From: Candidatus Pacearchaeota archaeon
GTDB lineage: Archaea; Nanobdellota; Nanobdellia; Pacearchaeales; JAPDKA01
Length of the DNA: 64,000 nucleotides
Reading direction: 5' to 3'
NCBI GenBank assembly: GCA_038890875.1
Contig: JAWAFA010000002.1
Location: forward strand, 35,356 to 99,355
Numbering within the stretch: the stretch's first letter is position 1; each line of letters begins with the position of its first letter. The notes below the pieces were generated by a model. It was given only the letters and a program-made list of their open reading frames with translations, had not been told where the DNA came from and ran no database searches. Position numbers and translations under genes: made by a program. Below, in pieces: positions 28,498-37,533 of this stretch.

Positions 28498-29268
28498 TTA
28501 TTTCTCTTTTTCTTCTTTTCTTTCTTCCTTTCCTTCTTTTTTTATACTAAGCTGCAAGGCTTCTAAAAGTTTTTTAGGGCTTGGTTTCTTAACCTTTTCA
28601 ACTTTTCCCAAAATTACTTGCTTAAGTTTTTCTTCAAAACTATCTTTATATTTTTCTAACTCCGGCTCTTTAACTAAACTCAAAACAAGTTTTTTCGCAA
28701 GTTCAAATTCCTCTTTTTTAAATGTAACTTTTTCTTTTAATTCTCTAAAAACAGTTATATCACGAATTTCATAAGTATAATGTAAAGTTGTGAGAAGAAG
28801 GCCGCCTAAATATGGTCTTATTAAGGCAATATGTTCTTTGTTATGCAAAATTATTTTCGCTAGAGCAACTTTTGCAATAGCTCGAAGAACATCCCTTAAC
28901 AAAGAATAAGCTTTTGCATCTCCTTGAGGGATAACATAATAATTGCTTGCAAAGTAAATAGGATCAAAGTTATCAAAATTTGTAAAACTAATAATCTCGA
29001 TTTGTTCAGCTTTTGCTGGCTTTAACTTTGCTAGCTGTTCTCTTGTAAAAATATGCCATTTGCCTTTCTCTATAGCAAAACCATAAAGCACATTTTGCCA
29101 TGCTACTTCAGCTTTACATTTAGGACAAAAACGCTGATATTTTAAAGGCGTCTTGCATTTTCCACAGAGCATATGAAATGAAAATTGTTTTGGCTCAACT
29201 GCATTATAAAGTTTTACTGGAATACTCACAAGCCCAAAAGATATCACTCCCTTCCAAATAGCCTTCAT
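28498..29268 (-). CDS. ku: Ku protein (prokaryotic NHEJ end-binding protein)
   Basis: MKAIWKGVISFGLVSIPVKLYNA, an internal Cys pair region (CGKCKTPLKYQRFCPKCK), and a basic Lys/Glu-rich tail. Confidence 0.92.
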   Translation of the reverse strand: MKAIWKGVISFGLVSIPVKLYNAVEPKQFSFHMLCGKCKTPLKYQRFCPKCKAEVAWQNVLYGFAIEKGKWHIFTREQLAKLKPAKAEQIEIISFTNFDNFDPIYFASNYYVIPQGDAKAYSLLRDVLRAIAKVALAKIILHNKEHIALIRPYLGGLLLTTLHYTYEIRDITVFRELKEKVTFKKEEFELAKKLVLSLVKEPELEKYKDSFEEKLKQVILGKVEKVKKPSPKKLLEALQLSIKKEGKEERKEEKEK

Positions 29269-29327
29269 CTCAAAAGAAATTAATTAATGTTTAAAAAGTT
29301 TCTTTTTAGCTTTTTACTTCTCCTTCT

Positions 29328-29612
29328 TTATTTTTCCTTTTCCTTAATTGATGTTGCTGCGTAAATTGTAAGTCCTAAGAATATTCCTGCCATTATTCCA
29401 TATGCAAATCCGGGAATGATATCAGGACCGACAATTTTTTGCGCTGCCTCACTGGCTTTCTCAATAGCTTTATATGTTATATTTGATTCTCTTGATAAGT
29501 AATCTTGCACCAATGCAGTTTTTGTAGCTGCATAATCAATAAAATTTTTAGCTGAAAGAGCTGTAAGTAGCCCTGTAATTCCCCCACTTAGTATCGTAAG
29601 TTCTAATTTCAT
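29328..29612 (-). CDS. Small membrane protein (two hydrophobic helices)
   Basis: 94 aa with Gly/Ala-rich helices at both ends. No motif. Confidence 0.4.
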   Translation of the reverse strand: MKLELTILSGGITGLLTALSAKNFIDYAATKTALVQDYLSRESNITYKAIEKASEAAQKIVGPDIIPGFAYGIMAGIFLGLTIYAATSIKEKEK

Positions 29613-29775
29613 TTTAAATTAATTTTTCTTTTTTTTTTATAAATCTTTCGCTTTTATCACTTTTAAAGTACAATATACCTCCAGATTTTCTATTTCTTCA
29701 GAATTTAAAAAAGTTTTTAAAGGTTTTGGTTATAAAATAATATAAAAAACAGAATAAAAACAGAAAAGAGGTAAA

Positions 29776-29934
29776 ATGGTAAGAGATTCTGAAGGCATAA
29801 GAGAGGCAGAAAATAAGATAAGAGATATAATAAATAACATTGAGATAATGGTAGTTGATGAAAAAATTGATCCTGAAGCGGCTGATGAACTAAAGGATCA
29901 GCTAAAAGAACTTGCAGGGCTCTTAGGGTTTTGA
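29776..29934 (+). CDS. Small acidic helical protein (52 aa), hypothetical
   Basis: ATG preceded by aaagaggtaaa. MVRDSEGIREAENKIRDIINN...LKELAGLLGF. Below the track cutoff. Confidence 0.3.
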   Translation: MVRDSEGIREAENKIRDIINNIEIMVVDEKIDPEAADELKDQLKELAGLLGF

Positions 29935-29939
29935 TTAAG

Positions 29940-30377
29940 ATGAAAAAAGTTAAGAGAAAGCATGATGTTTTAATAATAGCCTTAGTACTAATAATAATTA
30001 TAGTAATACTTTCAACTTATTTCTTACTTTCACGTCCAGTTAATTGCCAAGATGAAAACTGTTTTTTGACAAACCTTAAAAATTGCCAAAAAACTAAGTA
30101 TAGCAGTGAAGAATGGTATTTTAAAATCAGAGGTACACAAAATGAAAAGTGCCGGGTTTATGTTGAGAATATTGAGCTAAAAGATGCGGAAGCTGATATT
30201 GTTGAAAGATTGAAAGGGAAGAGTATGGAATGCTGGATTCCATTAAGTGAAGCTGGTAGTTATTTGCCACATGAAAACATTGATGTTTGTCATGGTGAGC
30301 TAAAAGAGGAAGTTCTTAACTTGATGATAGAAAAACTTCATCTCTATATAGTGCAGCAAATAGGCCAAATTAAATAA
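29940..30377 (+). CDS. Membrane-anchored Cys-containing protein, hypothetical
   Basis: N-terminal TM helix followed by a domain with six Cys. The ATG at 29940 is preferred over the TTG at 29931. Confidence 0.45.
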   Translation: MKKVKRKHDVLIIALVLIIIIVILSTYFLLSRPVNCQDENCFLTNLKNCQKTKYSSEEWYFKIRGTQNEKCRVYVENIELKDAEADIVERLKGKSMECWIPLSEAGSYLPHENIDVCHGELKEEVLNLMIEKLHLYIVQQIGQIK

Positions 30378-30386
30378 TAAGGTCTC

Positions 30387-31220
30387 TTAATAACCTCCCA
30401 ATTTTATTCCAAGTTTAGCAAATATATCTTTAATTTTAAGTGCATCCTTGTCTGGCCAGGGCTTTGATTCAGCAATGATTGTAATGCTGCACTTTCTTTT
30501 CAAGATTTCTTTTGCAAGAGGCAAGAAATCAGGGCATTTATCAATCATTTGATGTATATCAACATAGCCCTTTTTCTTTGCATCATATTTCATATTTGAG
30601 AAATGGCTATTTATGTGTTCAAGCTTGAGGGGCTTCAATTTTTCAAAAATCTCAGCATAATCGATACTAGCTTTATAACAAAAGATATGGGCCCAGTCAA
30701 TATAAGGAACTACTTGTTTATGTTTGATATCTTGACAAAAGGCAATGCATTCATCAAGTGTTGGAAACTGATTTGGCTTTGCCATTGTTTCTATACCGAG
30801 CTTTACATTTTTTATTCCAGCTTTTTTTATCCTTTCCAATACTTCAAGAAGTTCTGCTTTAACAATCTCAGCAGTTTTTTCACGTTGCTTGGCATAATAT
30901 GCTATGTGCACTGCGATTGCATCAGCTCCAAGCCTTTCAGCCCTATCAGCGCTATCAAAAAGCATTCTTTTGCTTGCTTCAACAACAGCCTTGCTCTCAC
31001 TGGCAAGATTTATGAAGTACGGCGCATGAACAGAAAGCCTTATGCCAAGTTGTTTAGCAAGTTTGCCAACGGCCTCAGCTCTCTCAGGCTTTAAATAAAT
31101 GCTCCTAACAAACTCTATTTCCTGCGCATTAAGCCCGTTCTCCGCAAGCCACTTCAGCGAGCCCTCTGTGCCAGGCTCCTTAGCCATGCTCGCATTCCCC
31201 GCCGGCCCAACAAATATCAT
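30387..31220 (-). CDS. AP endonuclease family 2 / endonuclease IV-like TIM-barrel protein
   Basis: FVGPAGN...LNAQEIEFVR...IRLSVHAPYFINLAS. His and Glu metal-ligand blocks are present later in the protein. Confidence 0.7.
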   Translation of the reverse strand: MIFVGPAGNASMAKEPGTEGSLKWLAENGLNAQEIEFVRSIYLKPERAEAVGKLAKQLGIRLSVHAPYFINLASESKAVVEASKRMLFDSADRAERLGADAIAVHIAYYAKQREKTAEIVKAELLEVLERIKKAGIKNVKLGIETMAKPNQFPTLDECIAFCQDIKHKQVVPYIDWAHIFCYKASIDYAEIFEKLKPLKLEHINSHFSNMKYDAKKKGYVDIHQMIDKCPDFLPLAKEILKRKCSITIIAESKPWPDKDALKIKDIFAKLGIKLGGY

Positions 31221-31290
31221 AAGCTTAATTGCTTCTATGATTTTTAATTTTTTTGTTTAAATAAGAATAGCTTCAGATTTTTGACTTCAC

Positions 31291-31322
31291 AAAAGAAAAA
31301 AAAGAAAAAAGAAAAAGAAAAA
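31291..31322 (-). terminator. Oligo-T tract terminator downstream of the S-layer gene
   Basis: On the minus strand, runs of T (TTTTTCTTTTTCTTTTTTCTTTTTTTTCTTTT) begin ~16 nt after the stop at 31338. Confidence 0.4.
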
Positions 31323-31337
31323 CAAGCAGCGTTATCT

Positions 31338-33740
31338 TTATTCAGCAATTACTGCTGTTGCAGCACTTGTGTCAAGCCTTACGCTTGCCTTGCCAGCAAT
31401 GCCTGGAATACCTTCAACAAGTGCCTTTGCAGCTTTTCTCGTATCACTACCACTCCATCCAGCTACTAGCAATGCTTGCTTGCCAGCAGTGTATGGATTG
31501 TCAAGCAACTTCAAGATAGCTTGACCTTCTCCAGTCACTCCAGTAGCAGTTTGCCATGCATTACTGCTACCATATGTTGGGTATGGCAAGTCAAGTGCTT
31601 CAGCAGCTGCTCTGTTAATCGCGCTACCTCCAACAATGATCAAGTTCTTAGCCTTAACTTCAGATGTCAACTCTGTATCAAGCACAACTGGATTTCCAAG
31701 GCTTACTGGTGCTCCACTGGCTCCAGCTACAAGTTCTGGTATTGTAGCTAGCTCCTCAGAAACATAAACATTAGCAACTACTTTATCTTCAGGGTATTCA
31801 ATCGTTAAATCCTGTTTTTCTTTACCGTCGTACCTAACAAAAGTTCCCCATCCTGCGTTATCTCTTGCAACTTGCCAATCAGAGTTCTCTTCTTCTTTTA
31901 ATGGGGAAGTTATATCTTCAGGGCTTGCAAATTCAATATCTTGATCTGAACTTTCATCAACAGTGAAACCCACTTGAGCTACTGGCGTGCTCTCTGAATT
32001 GTAAAGTTTAAATTTAACTCCACTAGCACCTAGATTTTCCAAGTCAACATAGCCTAACAATGATGTTCTAAAGTCATACGTAGGACATTTCATTGTATCT
32101 ACAGCCGCGACAACATCATTAGTTTCACTTATGTTTAACGTTACTTTGGTAAATCCTAAATCGAATTCTGTATCATCTTCTGGAGTGTAGGTAAATGTCT
32201 CTTCCACTCCCTTAAACTTTATTTCATGTGTTCCTTCTCTTATTCTAGCAATTTCTATAATTCTAGCTTCGCAACCATCTGATACTGCCAAGAACTTCAT
32301 TCCGTTAACATTGTCTAAGTCAGTGTCGGCATCGAATTGATCAACACCTACACCGCCATCTCCTATCAACAAGTTACCAATGCTTGGTTGACCATCTGTT
32401 GTGGTCGTAACGGAGCTTCCTGGTATTGTTGTCATTTCAGTAGCAGCTAGCATATCACCAAAAGATACTTGACCACTATCATCGTTAATTAATGGTATAA
32501 CTAATTTATCTTCTTTGACATTTTTCAATGTGATGCTGCCATCATCACTTCCACCTTCAAATGTTATTGTTTCTGTGTTCTTTTTAATGCCTTGGAAAGT
32601 ATACTTAAATCTTCCAAGCACAGGATCGGTCCAACTTTCACCTTTGTCAAGGTAGACCTCGTCTTCTGGTGATGCCCATATATAAATGGCTTTTAGTTTA
32701 TGGTTGGTTGTGTCTACATCCAAAAGAGCCTCTGAACCGTCAATCTCTTTATCATTTACTCTTACTGCTTCTCCTGAAGTAAGCTCAATTTTTTCAGCTC
32801 CTAACCAAAATTGTACTCTATCATTTCCAGGCGCTCCTGGAACCGGACCCTCTGATCCTTCATTAGCTAGCGTAGCCTTAATACCAATCGTTGTCCCATC
32901 ACTTAAAGTATAGATCTCGCCTTCTGCCAACTTATCTGTTACTTCTCCATTAACCTTTAACAGCACTGATACTGGCTGTTCATTGTCATATACCCCTACA
33001 ACTTCAACTGTATAGGTCTTTCCCATAAATTGGTAAGTTTGGGTGGTATATTCTACTTGGTCAGCTTCTAGTGCACCGCCCATTAATGTCAAGCCTGTTA
33101 AGTCCCCGCTGCTATCTGTTTCAACATCGACAATTGTATAGTCCCTCCCAAGCATATTTAATTTTGTTAGTCTAAAGTCTTTCAATGTTTGGGCAGGATC
33201 ATACCTTACAGCAGTGTCAAATTTCAAACTATAGTTATAAGCAGGTAAGTTATAGTTGTCATCGATGAATAAGTAGTTCGTAGCTTTCCTTGGAGATTCT
33301 CTTTCACGCAAAAGATCGAAAGTATTTGTATTATCTACAAATTCTAACTTTTGCGTGTAAGTTACAGTATTTACTGTTACTTTTTGGTCATTGTATTTTC
33401 CATCTGCTAACAATATAGGTAAGTCTGTTTTATCTAATACTTCATCAACATCCGCAAAGCTTTCACCATAGTTTAACTCATTTCCTGGAGCTTTTATCAA
33501 ATGAGCCTCACCAGTTACAGGCGTTGTTGCGGCACCGCTCAAAGCAGCTTGCAAAGCAGCTGTAAAGTCATTACTTGCAATTGTATCTTCGCTAGCAGCA
33601 TTGGCACCGATAATTATCGCTGTATCAGTGCCGAAGCTTTTCCATTGATCAACACTTGAGATTGCGGCAGCAGCAAAGCTACTACCAACTAGCAAAGCGC
33701 TAGTTAAAATTGGAATTGCTTTTTTTAAGTTCAGTTTCAT
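31338..33740 (-). CDS. S-layer (surface) protein
   Basis: Signal peptide MKLNLKKAIPILTSALLVGSSFAAA. 800 aa, Thr/Asp/Gly/Val-rich and Cys-poor. C-terminal block NLIIVGGSAINRAAAEAL resembles archaeal S-layer C-terminal domains. Codon usage is visibly more GC-rich than in neighbouring genes. Confidence 0.75.
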   Translation of the reverse strand: MKLNLKKAIPILTSALLVGSSFAAAAISSVDQWKSFGTDTAIIIGANAASEDTIASNDFTAALQAALSGAATTPVTGEAHLIKAPGNELNYGESFADVDEVLDKTDLPILLADGKYNDQKVTVNTVTYTQKLEFVDNTNTFDLLRERESPRKATNYLFIDDNYNLPAYNYSLKFDTAVRYDPAQTLKDFRLTKLNMLGRDYTIVDVETDSSGDLTGLTLMGGALEADQVEYTTQTYQFMGKTYTVEVVGVYDNEQPVSVLLKVNGEVTDKLAEGEIYTLSDGTTIGIKATLANEGSEGPVPGAPGNDRVQFWLGAEKIELTSGEAVRVNDKEIDGSEALLDVDTTNHKLKAIYIWASPEDEVYLDKGESWTDPVLGRFKYTFQGIKKNTETITFEGGSDDGSITLKNVKEDKLVIPLINDDSGQVSFGDMLAATEMTTIPGSSVTTTTDGQPSIGNLLIGDGGVGVDQFDADTDLDNVNGMKFLAVSDGCEARIIEIARIREGTHEIKFKGVEETFTYTPEDDTEFDLGFTKVTLNISETNDVVAAVDTMKCPTYDFRTSLLGYVDLENLGASGVKFKLYNSESTPVAQVGFTVDESSDQDIEFASPEDITSPLKEEENSDWQVARDNAGWGTFVRYDGKEKQDLTIEYPEDKVVANVYVSEELATIPELVAGASGAPVSLGNPVVLDTELTSEVKAKNLIIVGGSAINRAAAEALDLPYPTYGSSNAWQTATGVTGEGQAILKLLDNPYTAGKQALLVAGWSGSDTRKAAKALVEGIPGIAGKASVRLDTSAATAVIAE

Positions 33741-34030
33741 TTTATCCTCTTTTTTGATTTAATTTAATTTTTAGAGCTTACTTTTTGCATGCACTTGTAA
33801 GCTCTCGAGCTTATGCTCCCTATGCCTCTTTTTCTGAAGCTTGCTTGCTATGCAAGCAGGTCGCATAAGCTAATTTGGTTTCGAGAATTACTTCTACACT
33901 ACACTTTCCGCTGCAGCGCTTATTATACTTAGCTAAGTTCCTGCCAAAAGCAATGCTTTTGGCGTAAGATACCATATTTCGACCCTTTAAAAAGCTTTTT
34001 CTTTTCAGGGAAAAAACAGCCAAGAATCAG
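33741..34030 (-). promoter_or_regulatory. Stem-rich, GC-enriched leader or independent structured RNA candidate upstream of the S-layer gene
   Basis: Hairpins or helices at 33773..33805, 33840..33860, 33944..33962. Long-range pair 33808..33816 with 33863..33871. Palindrome at 33909..33918. AT-rich TATA-like sequence lies beyond ~34040. Confidence 0.3.
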
Positions 34031-34382
34031 TGTTTTATTTAAAAATCTTACAGTGCCACTTTTAAATAGATATAAATAATTTACTTTGTTTGTTTATTTT
34101 TTGCTATTTTTTATTTATTTTTAAGTAAATTTTAAACCCCCTTTATTAATACAATCATTCCAATTAAATACTTTTTTTAAACCCCTAACTAAAAGATAAC
34201 TTTTAAAAAATATTTTTTTCTCGACGGACTTTTTACTAAATAATTTATTTTTGATGCATAATCAAAATCTTGCTTTATTTTTTTATAGTTTTTGCTATAA
34301 TTTTAATAATAATTGCTCTTAATTTATACTGAATGTCAGCAGCTTTGCAAAAACTATAAAAAGCACAGGAGTTTATATTTTT

Positions 34383-36107
34383 ATGGTTTTGCTTGATGAA
34401 CAGCTAATTAAGGCATATGCCCTAGAAAATGCATTGCTGCATGATGGTAAAGCTAGAGTTGATGCTGTATTAGCTAAGCTCTTTAGGCATGGACTAAGTA
34501 AGAGCGATATTCCTGAAATAATGCCTTTAATAGAGCAGATTGTTGAACAAGTTAATAGTATGGATGAAGCAAAGCAAAGTGCACTTTTTGAAGGTTTGAA
34601 AGTGTTGCTTCCTGAAAAACAGCGCGAAAGAAGGCTTGAATTACCTAATGTTAAAGGTAAGGTTGTCTTGCGGCTTGCACCTTTTCCAAGCGGACCCTTG
34701 CATATTGGCAATGCTAGGCCCTGTGTGCTCAATGATTATTTTGTAAAAAAGTATGGGGGTAAGCTCTTATTTGTAATTGACGATACTATTGGAAGTGAAG
34801 AAAAGCAAATTGTGAAAGAAGCTTACGAGCTTATTCCTGAAGGGCTTAGATGGCTTGAAGTTAGCTTTGAAGAGCCTATAATCTATAAAAGCGATAGGCT
34901 TGAAACTTACTATAAATATGGTGAGAAGCTTATCGAGCTTGGAAAGGCTTATGTTTGTTTTTGCAATGCTGAAACATTGCGCAAGAATAGGGAGAAAGGT
35001 ATCGAATGCGAGCATAGAGCGTGGAGTACAGATAAAAACCTTGACGAATGGCAGGCTATGCTCAATGGTAAATATAGGGAAGGAGAAGCTGTAGTGCGCA
35101 TTAAAACAAGTATGAAGCATAGCAATCCTGCATTTCGTGATCGCGTGCTCTTTCGAATTAGCGAACGGGAACATCCGAGAGTTAAGGCGAGAGTGTGGCC
35201 AATGATGGAAATGGCCTGGGCAATAGACGATTATTTACTTGGAGTAACACATGTTATAAGGGGCAAGGAACTTGCTATAGAAACTGACATGGAGAAACTT
35301 ATCTTCGATATATTTGGATGGCCTAAACCAGAGTTTATCCATACTGGTCTATTTGAAATAGAAGGACTAAAGCTTAGTAAAAGCAAAAGCCAAGAAGAAG
35401 TTGCCAAAGGTATTTACTTTGGTTGGGATGATCCAAGAACATGGAGCCTACAAAGTTTAAAGCGCCGTGGTTTTAAGCCTGAAGCAATTCGCGAGTTTTG
35501 TTTAAGTTTTGGTCTACAACAAAGTGAGGTTACTGTTCCTCTCGAGCTTCTCTATAGCTTTAACCGCAAGTATGTTGAGGAAAGCAATCGCTACTTTTTC
35601 ATTGCAAACCCTGTAGCAATAGAGATACAAGCTGCTCCGAATTTAAAAGCCCAGATGCCATTACATCCTGATAAGCCTGAAAGAGGCCATCGCATTTTAT
35701 GGACCGATAAGGACTTTTGGATAAGTTTAAATGATTATCAACAGATAAGGAAAGCCAAAGAAGGCACAATCTTCAGATTTATGTATCTTTTCAATTTTTA
35801 TAAGAAAGGGGAGATTTTATATTTTCATAGTATTGAGTACAATAAGGAGTTAAAAACAAAAATGCTCCACTGGCTGCCACAAAAAGAAAATCTTAGTGCA
35901 AGAGTACTGATGCCAAATGGTGAATGGATTCCAGGATTGCTTGAAAAGAATGCTAAACTAAGACCAGGGGATATCGTCCAATTTGAGCGTTTTGGCTTTG
36001 TGCGACTTGATGGGATTAAGAAAATTAAAGAAAAAAATGAGATTGAACTTGAAGAAGAGAAAAAAAGAAAAGAAAGGGTTTATGAATTTTGGTTTACGCA
36101 TCCTTAG
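34383..36107 (+). CDS. gltX: Glutamyl-tRNA synthetase (archaeal/eukaryal type)
   Basis: HIGH motif PSGPLHIGNA and KMSKS-like LKLSKSKS. 574 aa. Confidence 0.92.
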   Translation: MVLLDEQLIKAYALENALLHDGKARVDAVLAKLFRHGLSKSDIPEIMPLIEQIVEQVNSMDEAKQSALFEGLKVLLPEKQRERRLELPNVKGKVVLRLAPFPSGPLHIGNARPCVLNDYFVKKYGGKLLFVIDDTIGSEEKQIVKEAYELIPEGLRWLEVSFEEPIIYKSDRLETYYKYGEKLIELGKAYVCFCNAETLRKNREKGIECEHRAWSTDKNLDEWQAMLNGKYREGEAVVRIKTSMKHSNPAFRDRVLFRISEREHPRVKARVWPMMEMAWAIDDYLLGVTHVIRGKELAIETDMEKLIFDIFGWPKPEFIHTGLFEIEGLKLSKSKSQEEVAKGIYFGWDDPRTWSLQSLKRRGFKPEAIREFCLSFGLQQSEVTVPLELLYSFNRKYVEESNRYFFIANPVAIEIQAAPNLKAQMPLHPDKPERGHRILWTDKDFWISLNDYQQIRKAKEGTIFRFMYLFNFYKKGEILYFHSIEYNKELKTKMLHWLPQKENLSARVLMPNGEWIPGLLEKNAKLRPGDIVQFERFGFVRLDGIKKIKEKNEIELEEEKKRKERVYEFWFTHP

Positions 36108-36115
36108 GTTTTGGA

Positions 36116-36913
36116 TTAATATGTTTTAGAGATAGCCTTAGAATGGCTTAAAACATAATTTTTTATTAACTCTTCAAAACAAGTAACTGCATCTTCCCAG
36201 AGTTTTATGACTTGTTCTTTGTTTTGACAAAGCTTATTTAGCCTTTTCGGATCGCACATTAAGTATTTTATCTTATTTAAGGTTTCTAAAGTTTTATAAC
36301 TAAAATTGAACTCATTTCTCTGCTTTATTTTTTCATAAGCAGTTTCCCAGTTATAGTTTTCTCCAAGCATACAAAGTAAATTCTGAGGAGCACGTTTAAC
36401 AAAATGAAGTGTTTGATAAAAATGTTCAAATATCGATTCAATTTTGCCATGCCTGTAGTAAAGTAAACTTTTCCTTGATTCACTCAAAGTATAGCGTAGG
36501 CGAGCCTGGCCATTTAGTAAAGGTAGAGTATAATGAAATTTATTTCGGTAATCAGGACCAAAGAAAACTTTACCACTATCAATTACTTCTTTAAAGCTAG
36601 GTTCATAGACGTTAAATCTTCCATCAATAAGCAACTCGATATCAAAAACTCTTAAGTCTAGAGGAATTTTCTTCTTTACTGAAGTAAATATATGGGCTAC
36701 TTCACTAAGGAAAGATTTATCAATTATGAATTTATCAGGAAAAACTAAAATTCCGTCAATATCGCTTCTTCCAGGGACAAATCTTTTTTTATTCAAGTAA
36801 GAACCAAAAACCAAAAAGCTTAAGTTTTTATTGCCAAGCTTTTCTAGGTTTTTAACAAAATTCTCAATAAAACTGTTATAGTCCTTTCTTTTCAGCCTTA
36901 ACAACTCAAGCAT
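36116..36913 (-). CDS. Pol-beta superfamily nucleotidyltransferase-domain protein
   Basis: LVFGSYLNKKRFVPGRSDIDGILVF (GS...DxD), followed by a helical C-terminal domain. Confidence 0.55.
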   Translation of the reverse strand: MLELLRLKRKDYNSFIENFVKNLEKLGNKNLSFLVFGSYLNKKRFVPGRSDIDGILVFPDKFIIDKSFLSEVAHIFTSVKKKIPLDLRVFDIELLIDGRFNVYEPSFKEVIDSGKVFFGPDYRNKFHYTLPLLNGQARLRYTLSESRKSLLYYRHGKIESIFEHFYQTLHFVKRAPQNLLCMLGENYNWETAYEKIKQRNEFNFSYKTLETLNKIKYLMCDPKRLNKLCQNKEQVIKLWEDAVTCFEELIKNYVLSHSKAISKTY

Positions 36914-37016
36914 GTATTAGTATTTTTCAAAAGTTTTTAAACCTTATGATTGTAATTATTTAAAAATTACAACAAAAACTTCAAAAAAATTTTAAAGATT
37001 TTTATCAACAAAGCGA

Positions 37017-37526
37017 ATGAGGCTTGAGAAGGATGATTATTATCTTAGGATTGCTCAAGAAGTTGCTAAGAGATCATCATGCACTAGGAGAAAATATGGT
37101 GCGATTATAGTTAAAAATGATGCTATCGTGAGTACTGGTTACAATGGTACTGCCAGAGGAAGTATTAATTGCTATGAAGTTAGATGTATAAAAGATATAC
37201 TTAATCTACAGCATGGTTCTGCTTATGATCTCTGTCCAGCAGTACATGCTGAAGAAAATGCAATTATAAATGCTGCAAGACAAGGAAGTTCTGTTTATGG
37301 AGGAAGTCTTTACATAGCTGGTTATGAAGAAAAAGAAAGCAAGGATATCATTGTTGATGCTGTTCCTTGTCAGCGCTGTAAAAGGGCCATTATAAATGCT
37401 GGGATTGAAAAAGTTATTATGAGAAAGATAAATGATATTGAAGTTGTGCTTGTTGAAAGTTGGATAAAAGAAGATAAAGAAGAATACTTAAAAAACCTCG
37501 AAAAGTTTTTAAGAGGCGGCCAATAA
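37017..37526 (+). CDS. dCMP deaminase (ComEB/Dcd-type cytidine/deoxycytidylate deaminase)
   Basis: Zinc motifs HAEENAI and PCQRCKRAI. Confidence 0.88.
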   Translation: MRLEKDDYYLRIAQEVAKRSSCTRRKYGAIIVKNDAIVSTGYNGTARGSINCYEVRCIKDILNLQHGSAYDLCPAVHAEENAIINAARQGSSVYGGSLYIAGYEEKESKDIIVDAVPCQRCKRAIINAGIEKVIMRKINDIEVVLVESWIKEDKEEYLKNLEKFLRGGQ

Positions 37527-37533
37527 TTTAATT

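Noticed and set aside
33820-34023. Minus-strand 67-aa ORF in the S-layer upstream region.
   Set aside because: Its basic, Cys- and Ser-rich translation lacks coding character, and it coincides with the palindrome-dense tract. It is more likely untranslated structured RNA or DNA.
33741-34030. Possibility that the structured tract is RNase P RNA or SRP RNA.
   Set aside because: I could not find the conserved GAGGAAAGUCC-type (RNase P) or GGAA/AGCAGCC helix-8-type (SRP) signatures on either strand by eye. It remains an unassigned candidate.
34373-34732. Long antisense track ORFs inside well-supported genes: 34373..34732, 34767..35174, 30603..31094, 45464..45928, 53129..53545, 57867..58244, 58509..59084, 50645..51013, 50992..51324, 25698..26141.
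   Set aside because: Each lies fully within, or mostly overlaps, a motif-supported gene on the other strand. Their translations are low-complexity, as is typical of shadow ORFs in AT-rich DNA.
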